A DNA stretch of 63,744 nucleotides, counting the filler, from Chiloscyllium plagiosum (taxonomy: Eukaryota), in the NCBI RefSeq assembly GCF_004010195.1. It is 4 parts of one record of this genome, joined end to end, with 100 filler letters (N's around TTAATTAATTAA, not from the genome) between each part and the next. Parts side by side here need not be neighbours in the genome. Positions count along the whole stretch, not along the records: positions 1 to 20,551 come from NC_057710.1; positions 20,652 to 35,234 come from NC_057710.1; 2 more parts are not named here. The stretch is one strand, 5' to 3'. The notes beneath the pieces were generated by a model. The model made no database searches, was not told the DNA's origin, and worked only from the letters and a program-made list of their open reading frames with translations. Position 1 is the stretch's first letter. Each line of letters opens with the position of its first letter. The position numbers were made by a program, and so were the translations under genes. Shown piece after piece: positions 11,890 through 25,218 of the stretch.

Positions 11890-13760
11890 ATTCGAGGGTG
11901 ACATCTACTCTACACTGTGAATTTCTGCTTTGGCACTTGATGCAACTGAACAGGCAGATTCTCAGCCCACAGATCTTTGAGCATATAGGGCAGGATGTCC
12001 GAAGAGGGAATGAGGTCAGGTGTGCAAGACTGGCTTAATTTTCTTTCTTGTTCTGCCATCATCGTGAGTCATCATTAAAATGTTTGGATTCAAGGCAGAA
12101 AACAGTTTGATGATTAAGTTCTGAACACTTTGTGGCAAGCTCCTCCCTGTCATTAATGTCAATGCAACCGTGTTTGAAAGAGAGTTTCAGAGTATCTTTA
12201 AGGTATTTTCTTTGTACTCCCCGGGAACATTGGCCTTTGAGAGTTGAGAAAACAGGACCTGATGGGGGAATCGGGCATCCAGGCACATTGTTCACTCTAT
12301 GATCATTTGTTTTGCAGGAGTTGTGCCTGAAAGCTTGTTGACCTGGCTTCTGTTCTTTGCTGCACCCATTGAAGCTAAGAATAAAGAGAATGATGGTAGA
12401 ATTTCTACGGCAGTTTAATATGTGATTGACACATGGTATGTTTTGTGCTGCACTACAGAAATGAGCTGAAGATTACTACTGAGGCCACTAGAACTCTTTT
12501 ATAATTTGTGGAGGTCTTTAATGTCAAACAGCCGCTGACATAGAAAGCTGATCTAGTGCAGCTATTCAGGTTTGACTTGACAAGTGGCAAGTAACATTTA
12601 CACCATACAAGTGATGACCATCTCCAACAAAAGAGACTCCAGCCAGGGTCCCAGATTCGATTCCAGCCTCAGCTTCTGTCTGTGCAGAGTTTGAACATTC
12701 TCTCTGTGTCTGCGTGGGTTTCCTCCGGGTGCTCCGGTATCCTCCCACAGTCCAAAGATATGCAGGTCAGGTGAATTGGCCAGGCTAAATTGCCCATTGT
12801 GTTAGGTGCATTAGTCAGAGGGAAATGGGTCTGGGTGGGTTACTCTTCGGAGGGTTGGTGTGGACTTGTTGGGCTGAAGGTCCTGTTCCCACACTGTAGG
12901 GAATCTAATCTAATCTAATCTAAAGGGCAACCAGAGATGACAATAACTATTGGCCCAAACAATGAAGTCCATATCCCTTGAATGAATAAAAAAATACTCA
13001 TCGATGGTAACTGTTTAAAGAGATGGCTACCAAGGTAAAGGAAGTGTTCAACATGTTCTAGAGTTTCTCCTTCAGCATATATGAGGAGTGGAATATTTAA
13101 CTGATCAGGGCTGGGTCATGTAGAGCTTTAATTTGGCAATAAGAACAGGCTAAGTCTTTTATATTCATATTTGAAGAAATCAAATGTTTCCTAATAATCC
13201 GATGTAGAGTGAGCTACAGCCATCTCCCAGTTGTGGATAGCGTTTGTTGGTCAATTTAGTTTTGGCACAGAAGTAACTGAGGTTATCTAGCTAAATATTA
13301 ATAACTTGTTTCAGAAGGCAATTATTCTTTGATAGGATAACTGAAATCGGACCTTGTTTGACACTGGTCTGAATTTTGATCCTTTATGTTTCAGATCCTG
13401 CCTTCAAATTGTTGCAGTCATATCTTTAAAAGTACCTGCAGGATTGTGAACAGGTTTCTTCACCATCCAGGTCTCTGGATCACAATTTACAGAGTTTCTG
13501 GATTGACTGAACCAAGTGTTTTGTCCAGTCTGATTAATGCGATGCAGAATGCCTGATGCTGCTCTTGACATTTGTTTTGGATTTGTCTGGCAACAAGGAT
13601 AATATCAGACATCCCGTGAATGGTCTAAAACCACACGCAGTCTCTGGCAGGTTCCCTCAGCCATTAGACATAGTTGATTAAGGAGGATTTAGAGCAAGCT
13701 TCGATAGTTTCTTCCCAGAACCTGTCCTTTCTCTTCCAGATTTATTCAGTTTGTAACACT
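11890..13760 (-). mobile_element. Old RTE-clade LINE, interrupted by younger insertions
   Basis: LPETACGFRP / DIILVARQIQNKCQEQ (RT), GVQRKYLKDTLKLSFK and C-terminal CPICSKICG. Confidence 0.8.
12640..12922 (+). mobile_element. HE1 SINE (V-SINE), 5'-truncated, within a CR1/L2-group fragment (12540-12995)
   Basis: B box, V-domain GTCTGCGTGGGTTTCCTCCGGGTGCTCCGG, CR1-like tail, (AATCT)n end. Confidence 0.93.
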
Positions 13761-13779
13761 CTTGCATATGAGACAGAAC

Positions 13780-13900
13780 ATCTAGACCCACTTCTGTAAA
13801 CTGAACACAAAATTGTAGCCTGAAGAGTCAGTGCACTGCTGAGGAGGTGCTGGGCTGTCAGATCGTTCCCTCTGTAGATTGTAACCTTGACACAGTGGTA
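13780..13900 (+). mobile_element. Degraded DeuSINE (SacSINE1-like) fragment; a similar reverse fragment at ~14410-14500
   Basis: CAGTGCACTGCTGAGGAGGTGCTGGGCTGTCAGA resembles the recalled Deu-domain consensus. Confidence 0.45.
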
Positions 13901-14504
13901 AGGATTGTGTGTGCTCCGACAGTCTCTGGAATGATGTTGTCATAAGCTCCTTGCTTCTGGAAGGGCAACCCATGATGACAACTTCAAGGTGAGTTGCCAG
14001 GCACAGTGCAGTCCAAAAGGTTCCCAGTGGCGTTGGTGAAGGAAGATTGTGCAGCACAAGATTGTCCCAGACATTGTGGCTAGATGCAGCACAGAAATCT
14101 GATCAACTACCTATCGAAGATTTATGTGGACAAAGGTCCTACTTAAAAACAAGATATATGTAGGCTTCCACCATTTGGCAATGTGACAATTCCTGTGGTG
14201 TTCGAGAGTTGTTGATGGGGTCAGGACTGTACACCTCGGACTCCTTCCTCTGGAATTTGCATATGACAGATGCATGATGGTCATTGCTCACCCAGAATGA
14301 AAATCTATTAAACTGGCAAATAAGGAATTCCAACCCCATTCATCTCATTTATGTCAAACCAGGGCTAGTACCACCAGTATATTCATTTTCAATTATTAAT
14401 GTTTCTCACAGGTTTTTCCCTCCTGGACCGGTGTTTGGACAGAGGTGTCTTTGAACAGCAGCATCTGTGATACTGCTGTTCCCTTCATGATGCCCTCTGC
14501 TCAC

Positions 14505-15630
14505 TTCTAGTGAAGAGTAGTCCAGAAAAAATGCCCTAAAAATATTCTGCCCTACCTTTCCTGGCAGGGAAACTGCATTCTAGGAAATAACCACTTTTGT
14601 GGTTAAAGAAAGAAAACCTTAAATTTTGCATTTTGACATATTAGAACGTACATGGATAATCTTGAGAGTGAGTGACCAGAAAGGAGGACAGCAATTGTAT
14701 TCCATGGGTTATTGAAATTTCAAAGCAACATTAGCACTTTCTCAGCGAGCCTACTTCTTGGGAAGGGGCCCTGGGGGAACAAGAAAGGGATACACCTCTT
14801 CTACAAAGGGAAGGCTACCAGTAAATCTCACATCCACAGATTTGGCTTTCTTTGTTTGCTCAAAGAATTATGAGCTTTGCAGTTATACAGTTTGGCCAGA
14901 ACTCCTAAACAGAATAACTGCAAAGCTCATAATTCTTCACCCATACCTCAGCTGGAATCCCACATGAAGAAAATATCATCCTTCTAGGATGGTGTGGAGT
15001 GGAGCAATTGGGAAAATACTTTGGAAAAGCTAATGCAGAGATTGTCTTTCTCATGAAAATAGGTGTTCAGCATGGTCTCATTATAACAAACATAATCTCC
15101 TGTCAGATACAAAACACAAAATCATGTCTCCAATGATCCCAGGAGACATTCCAGATCAAAACATGAGCACCTCCTGCTTGGGTTTAAGGTGTGAGTGAAA
15201 TCTGTATCACCCAATCCATTGGGTGGACTGATGCCTGCTGGATGGATCAACAATTTTTTCAATTGATGATGAACACTTACTCAGCAACAAGGTATTGCAG
15301 GAATCAGAAATCCACAAGGAATAAGATTAATGTCTTAGTTTTTAGCAGCTCTTCCAAAGAAAGGAATTCTAATTCGGTTCACAACCAATCTGGAAAATCT
15401 TGAGCCATCCAATTTAATTTCAGAACTGCGGGATCAAGTAAAGTCAGATGTACGAATCCCCTCTCTCCAGAATATTGGATCTCAGCACAGTTGTCACTCA
15501 GACTATTTTGACAAAAATTATGCAGAAATATGTGACACCCTGAAACAAAATGAACCCCTTCATTATATAGCAAAAAAACCCTCACAGTTTACAGGTCAAT
15601 CAAGCAACATTCCAATAACTCATGATTAAA
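14505..15630 (+). pseudogene. Putative Bunyaviricetes-like L protein RdRp core relic (motifs A-E and thumb), EVE piece 4
   Basis: A: K(S)SPEKMP*KY 14513-14545 (KWSPx5KF/Y spacing); B: HGLLKFQSNISTFSASLLL 14703-14759; C: FYKGKATS 14799-14822 with DD missing; D: FAQRIMSFAVIQF; E: ITAKL/FFTHTSAGIP; PNPLGG 15210-15227; stop-free frame 15339-15626. Confidence 0.7.
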
Positions 15631-17224
15631 TTGGCTTTATTGTCACATGTACTCAAATAAATACAGTGAAAAGTTGATAAGTCACTCCTTGTAGTGCCTT
15701 TTGAGGTACAAATGTAGCTGGGCACAGCTTCTTCAGTTACAAGGTTAGTTGTAGTGTAACAATGTCACCAGCACATGGCATCATCTCAGGTACAATTCTT
15801 AGTTACAGATTAGAGAAATAAATGGAACCAAAGTTACATTATGGCCATAGAAGTCAGAAAATTAGGAAGTGAGGAAGCTTTCTGAACTTAAAATAAAACT
15901 TTCCTACAGTGCACCTTGTGTTTGGAGCTGCTTGTGTACATTCTCTTTTCATATTTATTTTCACAGAACCTGACATAGCAAAATTCCTGGCAGATAAAAA
16001 GTAGTTCCTAGATTAGATAAGATTGACAGGAAATGTAACAAAAATCAAGTATAATAAATCATCTGTTGCTTGTGATAATGAAATTGTCAACAAAACAACC
16101 ATGGTCAAACGTGAAAAGGCTGTCGCTGAATCTAACTATTTTCCTAAGAAGATTAATGTGTTATTGATGAGATATAGATTAGCATGCTTTGGGAAACACT
16201 TACGTAATCAAGAGTCCTATTTACAAAGTTTACACAGAGAAGATTAATGAACCCACAGAAAGAACACTTTTTGTCAGTGAGGTAACTAATCAGAAAACAG
16301 TACAACTATGATTGCAAACAAAATTAGCTCAAGGCGAAAATGATCATCAGAAAAGAAATAAACCCATTTGATTTTATTACATTAAAGCACGGTCTATGAT
16401 TACATCTAAATGTTTCTTCTTAAGAGTTTCAGATTAACATATGAAGTTAACAAAATGGTTTAAAAGCTTCCTCTTCAAGAATTTCAGATAGCTTGCTGAT
16501 TAATAGAGTATTGCATTACTGAGCTGCACATAGAAATCCGACACATTTTCTAGTGAGAATAAAAGATGCAACATAGGTGACGAAGTAAGGAAGTACAGAA
16601 TGACATATCAAATTGGAAGAACATTCATTTAAAGCTGTGAAGATTAGGATAGACCTGAAGAGTTGGAAAGTATTAGGAAATGACTGATAATGATGTAAGG
16701 AAATGCCGACCATTTTGAATAAGTATTTTGTATTTTCGCAGCAGAAAACTGAAAAAGCATAAAAGTCATGGGACAAACAGGAACCTAAAACAATCTCTAC
16801 TACGGGAGAAGGAAATACATGGAAAATTAATGGGAATAAGGGTGAAAAGTCCTCTTAAGCTCATGACCTTCATCCTGGGCTCTTAGAGCAATGGCTGCAG
16901 AGTTAGTTGAAGCATTGGTTATAATCCTCCAAAACTCCCCTGATTCTGGAAAGGTTTCAATGGAAAGCCATATATGTAGCACCACTATTCAGAAATGAAG
17001 AAAGTCAAAGAGCAGGAAACAATAGAGCAGTTTGGCTAACACCTATCATTGGGAAACTATTGGAATCTATTATTAAGGAAGTGATAGCAGGACATTTAGA
17101 AAATCATAATATGATCAATCATCATGGAGGGTGCAGACTGATAAGAGCCTCACCACTACCCTTCTGACTGACCGCCCTCCTTTCCCGGAAGGCCCCAGCC
17201 TACATATCCATTCCTCATCACATT

Positions 17225-18526
17225 ATTTCCCTCTCCTTCCTGAACTTCTCCATCTCCATTAATGATGACCGACTTGACATTGACATTTTTTACAAACCCA
17301 CCGACTCCCACAGATACCTGGATTACACCTCTTCGCACCCCACCTCGCACAAAAATGCCATCCCGTATTCCCAATTCCTTCGCCTCCGCCGGATCTGCTC
17401 CCAGGAGGACCAGTTCTACCACAGAACACACCAGATGGCCTCCTTCTTTAGAGACTGCAATTTCCCTTCCCACGTGGTTGAAGATGCCCTCCAACTCATC
17501 TCATCCACATTCCGCACCTCCGCCCTCAGACCCCACCCCTCCAACCGTAACAAGGACAGAAACCCCATTGTCCTCACTTTCCACCCTACCAACCTTTGCA
17601 TTAACCGCATCATCCGCTGACATTTCTGCCACCTCCAAACGGACCCCACCACCAGGGATATATTTCCTTCCCCACCCCTTTCCACCTTCCGCAAAGACCG
17701 TTCCCTCTGTAACTACCTGGTCAGGTCCACGCCCCCTTCAACCCACCCTCCCATCCTGGCACCTTCCCCTGCCACCGCAGGAATTGCAAAACCTGCACCC
17801 ACACCTCCTCCCTCACCACCATCCAAGGCCCCAGGGGAGCCTTCCACATCCATCAAAGTTTCACCTGCACATCCTCCAATGTCATTTATTGTAACCTTTG
17901 CTCCCAATGCGGTCTCCTCTAAATTGGGGAGACTGGACGCCTCCTCACAGAGCGCTTCAGGGAACATCTCCGGGACACCTGCACCAATCAACTCCAACAC
18001 CCCATGGCCCAACATTTTAACTCCCCCTCCCACTCTGCTGAGGGTATGCAGGTCCTGGGCCTCCTCCACCACCGGTCCCTCACCACCTGATGCCTGGAGA
18101 AAGAACTCATCTTCCGCTTCGGTACACTTCAACCCCATGGCATCAATGTGGACTTCACCAGTTTCCTCATTTCCCCTCCCCCCACCTTACCTCAGCTCCA
18201 GCCTTCCAGTTCAGCACTGCCCTCAAGACCTGTCCTACTTGCCTATCTACCTTTCCACTTATCCACTGCACCCTGTCCTCTGATTTATCACCTCCATCCC
18301 CACCCCCATTCACCTATTGTACTCTTTGCTACCTTCTCCCCAACCCCCCCTCCACCACCATTTATCTCTCCACTCTGGAGGCTTCCTGCCTCTATTTCTG
18401 ATGAAGGGCTTTTGCCCGAAATGTCGATTTTCCTGCTCCTCGGATACTGCCTGATCTGCTGTGCTTTTCCAGCGCCACTCTAATCTAAACTCTGATTTCC
18501 AGCATCTGCAGTCCTCACTTTTGCCT
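17225..18526 (+). mobile_element. Penelope-like retroelement, 5'-truncated (RT C-terminus, GIY-YIG, pLTR with hammerhead at 18398-18425)
   Basis: DIFYKPTDSHRYLDYTSSHP, CTSSNVIYCNL..CGL..IGETGRLLTERFREHL, terminal CTGATGA..GAAATGTC. Confidence 0.95.
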
Positions 18527-19232
18527 ACATTACTTACCCTACCTGATGGCCTGGGTCCTCTGCTATCCTTGGATTCTGGGATGGGTATCACTCAGTAGTA
18601 ACACAGCCTCTTCAATGGTGTTACCGAGTGCAAGAGCTATTGGCATCTCTCATCAACAGCAGTGGGACTCACACTACCAGTGGCTTGATTCCTGGCCAAA
18701 GCCACTGGTGGCCTTGCCGCAGTGTGGTTGGGATGTGACTCTTGGGGGGAGTTCCCATAAAGAGGCACCGCGGGTTTCTCACCACTCCCCAGCCAACAGG
18801 CAAAGCCCCTGATACCACAAGTTTCTTTCCACTGTGTTTGTAAAGAAACATTAACAGGCTAAGTGAGTTTGGGAAATGTGGTCGATGAGCACAGTTTGGT
18901 AAAATGTAAAGTTGTTGAGGTTGGTCGAAAGGAAACAAACACTCACATGCAGGTACAGTGAGTAATTCCGATGGCAAATGGAATTTTGGTTTTTATTGCA
19001 AGGGGAATTGAGTACAGAAGTGGGAAAGTGTTGTTACAACTGTACATGGCAATGGGTGGGACTGCAAATAAGGTGTGCCATACAGTTTTGGTATCCTAAT
19101 TTATGAAGGGACATACTTGCATTCAGATAACTTACAAAAGATTGGACCCTGGGATGAACAGGTTGTTTTATGAGGAAGGGCCCAGCAGATGAAGCCTGAA
19201 CCAATTGGAGTTAAAAGATTGAGAGATGATCT

Positions 19233-19480
19233 TGTTGTATTTCTTGTGTTAGTAGTAAATAACAGAGATTAAGTTGCAAGGTTTCAGTTTACTTGAAAAT
19301 ATTACAGACGTTTTATTTAACAGCTCAGATTATAACTTGCAGTTATGGATCACCAGGTATCCTCTTTCTAGCATGCTTCTGCTAGGCTGCAATGCGACAT
19401 GTAGTTGCATCTTGATCCCTTGGCTCATTAGCAGAACCACCTCTTAAAGCAACACAGCTCTTGAAAGCTTTAGTACACCA
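19233..19480 (-). mobile_element. Probable solo LTR (Gypsy-type)
   Basis: TGTTGTA...TACACCA near-inverted termini, minus-strand AATAAA, interrupts the CR1. Confidence 0.5.
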
Positions 19481-20259
19481 TAGTGTGCTGAAGCATATAA
19501 GACCCTAAGAGGGCTTGATAGAGTAGATGCTGAGAAAACAGAGTCAAAGAGTCATAGAGACGTACAGCACAAAAACAGACCATTCAGTCCAACTCGCCCA
19601 TGCCAACCAGATATCTGAAATTAATCTAGTCCCATTTACCAGCATTTGGCCCATATCTCTCTGAACCCGTCCTATTCATATATCCATTAAGATGTCTTTT
19701 CAATGTTGTAATTGTACCAGCCTCTGCCACTTCCTCTGACAGTCTATTCCATACATGCACCACCCGCAGTGGGAAAGAGTTGCCGCTTTGGTCCTTTTTA
19801 AATCTTTATCCTCTCACCTTAATCTTATGCCCTCCAGTTTTATACTCCCCTACCTTGGGAAAAAGACCTTGACTATTCACCCTATTTGTGCCTCTCATGA
19901 TTTTATAAACCTCTTTAAGGTCACCCCTCAGCCTCCGATGCTCCAGAGAAAACAGCCTCAGCCTATTCAGCCCCAGTCTCCCTATAGCTCAAACCATTCA
20001 ACCCAGGCAACGTCCTTGTCAATCTTTCTGGACCCTTTCATTTTCACAACATCCTTTCGAGAACAACAAAACCAGAACTGAATGCAGTATTTCAAAAGTG
20101 GCCTAACCAATGTCCTGTACAGCCGCAACATAACCACCCATCTCTTGTGCTCAAGGCACTCACCAATAAAGGCAAGTCTACCAAACACCTTCTTCATTAC
20201 TCTGTCTACCTGTAACTGTACTCTCAAGGAACTATGAACCTGCACTCCAAGGTCCCTTT

Positions 20260-20853
20260 AGGAGAAAGTGAGGACTGCAGATGCTGGAGATCAGAGCTGA
20301 AAAATGTGTTGCTGGAAAAGCGCAGCAGGTCAGGCAGCATCCAAGGAGCAGGAGAATCGACGTTTCGGGCATAAGCCCTTCTTCAGGAATGAGGAGGGTG
20401 TGCCAAGCCGGCTAAGATAAAAGGTAGGGAGGAGGGACTTGGGGGAGAGGTGTTGGGAATGCGATAGGTGGAAGGAGGTTAAGGTGAGGGTGATAGGCCA
20501 GAGAGGGGGTGGGGGCGGAGAGGTCGGGAAGAAGATTGCAGGTCAAGAAGGNNNNNNNNNNNNNNNNNNNNNNNNNNNNNNNNNNNNNNNNNNNNTTAAT
20601 TAATTAANNNNNNNNNNNNNNNNNNNNNNNNNNNNNNNNNNNNNNNNNNNNGCCTATCACCCTCACCTTAACCTCCTTCCACCTATCGCATTTCCAACGC
20701 CCCTCCCCCAAGTCCCTCCTCCCTACCTTTTATCTTAGCTTGCTTGGCACACCCTCCTCATTCCTGAAGAAGGGCTTATGCCCGAAACATCAATTCTCCT
20801 TCTCCTTGGATGCTGCCTGACCTGCTGCGCTTTTCCAGCAACACATTTTTCAG
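20260..20853. mobile_element. Inverted PLE pLTR pair (family A) with hammerheads at 20359-20386 (-) and 20764-20791 (+)
   Basis: Long inverted arms across a gap; 15-bp TSD CTCCAAGGTCCCTTT (20245-20259 / 20854-20868). Confidence 0.9.
20552..20651. other. Artificial 100-nt scaffold spacer N44-TTAATTAATTAA-N44 (also near 35235-35334 and 50403-50502)
   Basis: Identical six-frame-stop linker centred in N runs three times. Confidence 0.97.
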
Positions 20854-23737
20854 CTCCAAGGTCCCTTTGGCAGTACTCCCTAGGACCTTAACATTAAGTC
20901 TGTAAGTCCAGCCCTGATCTACCTTTCCAAAATGTAGCACTGCACATTTATCTAGATTAAACACCTCGGCCCATTGGCCCATCTGATCAGATCCCATTGT
21001 ACTCTGAGGTAACCTTCTTCGTTGTCCACTACACCATTAATTTTGGTGTCTCCTGAAAACCAATTAACCATACCTCCTATATTCACATCCAAATCATTGA
21101 TATAGATGACAAAGAAAATGGACCTAGCACTGATCCCTGCAGCACTGTTTCCACTTGAGGGAGAATCGAGAATCAGTTCCAAAACAAGGCCTCTCCCATT
21201 TAAGAAATAAGTTATTTTCTAAGGGTGTCACCAATCTTTAGATTTATCAACCTGAGAGCTGGGGTATTGAATATATTCAAGGCTGTGTTAGACAGATTCA
21301 CAAGCGAGTCAATGGTTAGGGGCAGTAAGCAGAAAATTAAAGTTAAGATCCTAAGTGGATCAATCATGAACTTATCTAGCATCAAATTGGGTTTGATATG
21401 CCAAATTGCCAGCTCCTGCTTCCAACCTAACTTCCAAACTGCTATGGAATTAGCATGTCTTTGACTGGGATGTATTAGTGTTTCCAATAATCGCAGTAAT
21501 ACTGGACAAAGGAAGACAAAATATCACAACTTGGGTTCCTGATGTTGATGATCATACAGTGACCTCTGGTGGAAATTCTGTGTATGTGTGGATGAATGAA
21601 GACAGGACATAATTCACTTGTAATATCTTCTCTGTCCAATCTTAAGTTGTGGTATTCACTGCTAAAATTCACATGTGAAAACCTTTGGTGAGGTGTTGAA
21701 TAGCAGGCACTCATGAAACAATCCTTCATTGTGAGGCAAAACCATCACTCAGTTGGCAGAAGGAAGAAAGCTGTTGTCTTTCAAAGAATAAATGAGTTAA
21801 TTTTAAAATTTTATCTCTCTGTAAAGTAATACTGTAGTCATTCTTGGATAAGAAATTATGTAATTTGAATAGAAGCTGTTACATGTGAGCCCCTGTGTTG
21901 AAGATCTGGCACAATGATGAGGTAGGACCGATAGGTGGATGAAGGTAAAGGATTGTCAGGTCTGAATTGGAATGGAAAATAATGACAGCAAGGCCAGGTT
22001 TAAATATATCAGCTAATTTGGTTTTTCAAGCCTTACATATTATGGACAACCCAGGTTCAATCTCTGGTCTTTGTAAAATCAATTGATCTCAATTACCACT
22101 GCAAATTTTCAATGAAGTGTCTGGACTAATGGTCAAGTTACTTGAGCAGAAATTCAGGGAGAGACAGTTTGGCTTCAAGTCTGAGACTTCTAATGTTTTT
22201 GCAATCCACCAAAGCCCATCCAATGTTTTGAGGGATTAAAACTCTCTTGATTTTGAACCACCATAATGCTAAATGTTGATCACATGAACAACAATTTCAG
22301 GCTGGATGAAGTTGACTTCCAACACCTGCATACACTACATTGTGTAAACTGAGAGAAAACAAGTGAAATATCCATCAAGTATGTTTTTAGGATCCTTTGC
22401 TGATAAGTCACCAGCCTAGAGATGCAGTTCTGTCTTGGAAATTTCTTCCCTCAGAGCATTGTAAATCCATGAAATTCTTTATGACGGAAGGCTGTTGAGG
22501 CTGAGTCATTAAGTATATTCACGGCTAAGAGTTTTAGTCAATAAGGAAATCAAAAAAAGCAGGAAAGTGGAAGATTATCAGGTCATCGAGAGGCTAAATG
22601 GCCTATTTCTACTCTCATGTTTTATATTCTTATGAACAGTTAAATAAAGAGTTATAAGTTAGGAAAATTCAGAAGATGCTGTGTTGTAAAAGCAATTTGA
22701 ATTCATGCATAAATCATGATTTTGCTTCAATTCTAATATAACTTCTCAAATATATTTGCAAGAAATTATCTTTAGAAAGCCATGCTTTGTACCTGAAATT
22801 TCTTTAGCAAAAAGAATGAGATTAAATCACATGAAGATAAAAAAAAGGCAGTTCCTAACATTAAAATATTAAATTACTTAGTACATTTTTTGGTTGTATT
22901 CAGATATACAGATAAACCTTGGAGCACAGCCTTCCAGGCAGATAGTTACTTTTTATTCCTTTGTTGGTAATAATGATACTATAAACCTACAAAAATGATG
23001 ACACAGAGCTCAGCACATGAAGGAGATAACATATATACACATTTATTCTGAATTGTCTTTGGCTATGACATAACCTTTCAAATACCTGAAACATTCTTTA
23101 GAAGTAAGCATTTTCTGTTGGCAGTTATTATTAATTGTCTTCATATTCCTCCTCCTTCTCTAATATGTAACTAGTGCTGAAGAGACAGACTTGCTTTTGG
23201 GACATCATTAGACTTCAGTATTGCTGCCTGCAACATTTTTATTTAGTACACTGTTCACATTGTCAAGGTGAGAAATTTCTTTTATTAATTCATACGATGA
23301 TAGTGTGACAAGGAAGGTCAGATTTTATTGTGATTCTAAACAACCTTTGATATTCTATGGGATGCCAGTGTTATTTGTACCTAAGTATAATAGTTTTTAA
23401 AAAATACTCTGATGTCTTGACCAGTAAATGGCAGTCATTGAGAAAAGTAAGTTTAATATCCAATAGGTTCGATTCCCACTGTGTGCTGAGTAATCTGATG
23501 TCAGTTGCACAGTGGTACATTATGTTTGATGTCAAAGCACCAGGTTGATGGGGGAAAGCAGAGCTCCGGCTCCCTAATGCTACCCTGTAATTCTTGCTCA
23601 AAGATATAGCTGCATATATGTCCTAAAGTAGATACTTTTCAATAACATATGTGTAATGGTTGGTCACTTGAGCTAAGTGCTAGAGAAAATTACTGCAACC
23701 AAAGCCCTGCATATCAAGAATCATTCCTGTTAGAAAG

Positions 23738-23946
23738 TTAAAAATCACACAACACCAGGTTATAGTCCAACAGGTTTAATTGGAAGCACACTAGCTTTCG
23801 GAGTGACGCTCCTTCATCAGGTGGTTGTGGAGCTAGTGTGCTTCCAATTAAAGCTAGTGTGCTTCCAATTAAACCTGTTGGACTATAACCTGGTGTTGTG
23901 TGATTTTTAACTTTGTACACCCCAGTCCAACACCAGCATCTCCGAA
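23738..23946. mobile_element. Palindromic PLE-type terminal repeat (family B) with hammerhead 23792-23820 (-)
   Basis: ~60-bp inverted arms; CAC-CTGATGA-A-GGAG-CGTCA-CTCC-GAAAG-CTA-GTG; 13-bp TSD TCCTGTTAGAAAG. Confidence 0.88.
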
Positions 23947-24771
23947 TCCTGTTAGAAAGGAAGGGAAGACACATGTGAGGATAAGTCTGACAAACTAGAT
24001 CTTCCTTCTCTTGAAAAACAAAGGCTGGGTGGTTACTACTAGAGGTCTTTAAAATTATGAAAGGTTTTAGTAGAATGAGACAACTATATTATCTTGTAGG
24101 ATAGAACATAACTAGAAGCCACTGATGTAAAATAATCAGCATAAAACCCGATAGGGAATTCAAAGGCAACCTCTTTATCCAAAGCATGCGAAGAATATGG
24201 AAGCCATTACTGCAGTGGTTGAAACTGACAGTGTAGGTGCATTACAGTGGAAGCTAGACAAGCATATGATGGAGCAGAAAATAGACAATTGCAAATGACA
24301 GATTTTGGAACACTGGAAATTAGAGAGGGAGAAGGCCATTCAGCTCCTCAAGTCTGCTTTGCCATTGACATGGACCATGTCTGATCTCCCAGCTCAACAC
24401 CACTTCCCTACATTATCCCCACACATCTTCATGTCTAGAAATCTGTTGAATATGCATAACAGATATTCGTTGAACCTCCATAATCCTCTGGAAATAGAAA
24501 ATTGCAAAGATTCAGGATCCTTTGCCTGAAAAAGTATAAATGGGAAAGATTGGAGAAGGTTTGAGTGGAGCATATATACTAGCAGGGCCTGGTTGGGCCA
24601 AAGTGATCTCTGAATGCTTTATCTTACAATGTATGCAAATCTCAGTGTAGCATCAGGCCAATTAGCAGAATTAAAAGCATATAGGATGGAATGAAAAATG
24701 CTCAGATTTAACTTGTACTTAAAATTGGTTTAGATATGAAAGATTACACGTGAACTTATGGAATGAATTAG

Positions 24772-25218
24772 GGTCATAGAGTCATAGAGCTGTACAGCAT
24801 GAAAACAGACCATTCAGTCCAACTCACCCATGCCGACCAGATATTCTAAACTGATCTCATCCCATTTTCCAGCACCTGGCTCGTATCTCTTTAAACCCTT
24901 CCTATTCACATACTCTTCCAGATGTGTTTTAAATGTTGTAATTGCACCAGCCTCCACCACTTCCTCTAGCGGCTCATTCCGTACACACGCATCACCCTTT
25001 GTATGAAAAGGTTTCTCTTAGGTCCCTTTTAAATCTTTCTCTTCTCACCCTAAACCTATGCCCTTTAGTTCTGGACTCGCCCACACCAGGGGAAAAACCT
25101 TGTCTATTTAACTTATCCCATGCCCCTCATGATTTTAAAAACCTCTGTATGGTCATCCCTCAGTCTCCAACACTCCAGGGAAAACTGCCCCAGCCTATTC
25201 AGCCTCTTCCTGCAGCTT
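24772..25218 (-). mobile_element. CR1 3' end
   Basis: Reverse complement of ~7330-7770. Confidence 0.9.

Larger units (their letters stand above)
16790..19540 (+). mobile_element. Old CR1 LINE split by nested insertions (pieces 16790-17122 and 18840-19540)
   Basis: Degenerate D.LHP.LL and IIGKLLESIIKEVIAGHLEN, then GIEYRSGKVLLQLY. Confidence 0.75.
19540..21140 (-). mobile_element. CR1 LINE 3' portion
   Basis: FVIYINDLD..FSGDTK, RLYRTLVRPLLKYCIQFW, tail repeats. Confidence 0.92.

Noticed and set aside
13900..14400. Coding-like frames just before motif A
   Set aside because: No motif recognised and not needed for the 8838/14507 join; left unassigned
15190..15630. Mononegavirales L interpretation of the PLGG region
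   Set aside because: No GDN motif seen; upstream motifs fit the segmented-virus pattern better, though a search is needed to exclude it
20596..20607. TTAATTAATTAA palindrome inside N runs (also 35279-35290 and 50447-50458)
   Set aside because: Artificial scaffolding linker, not biological
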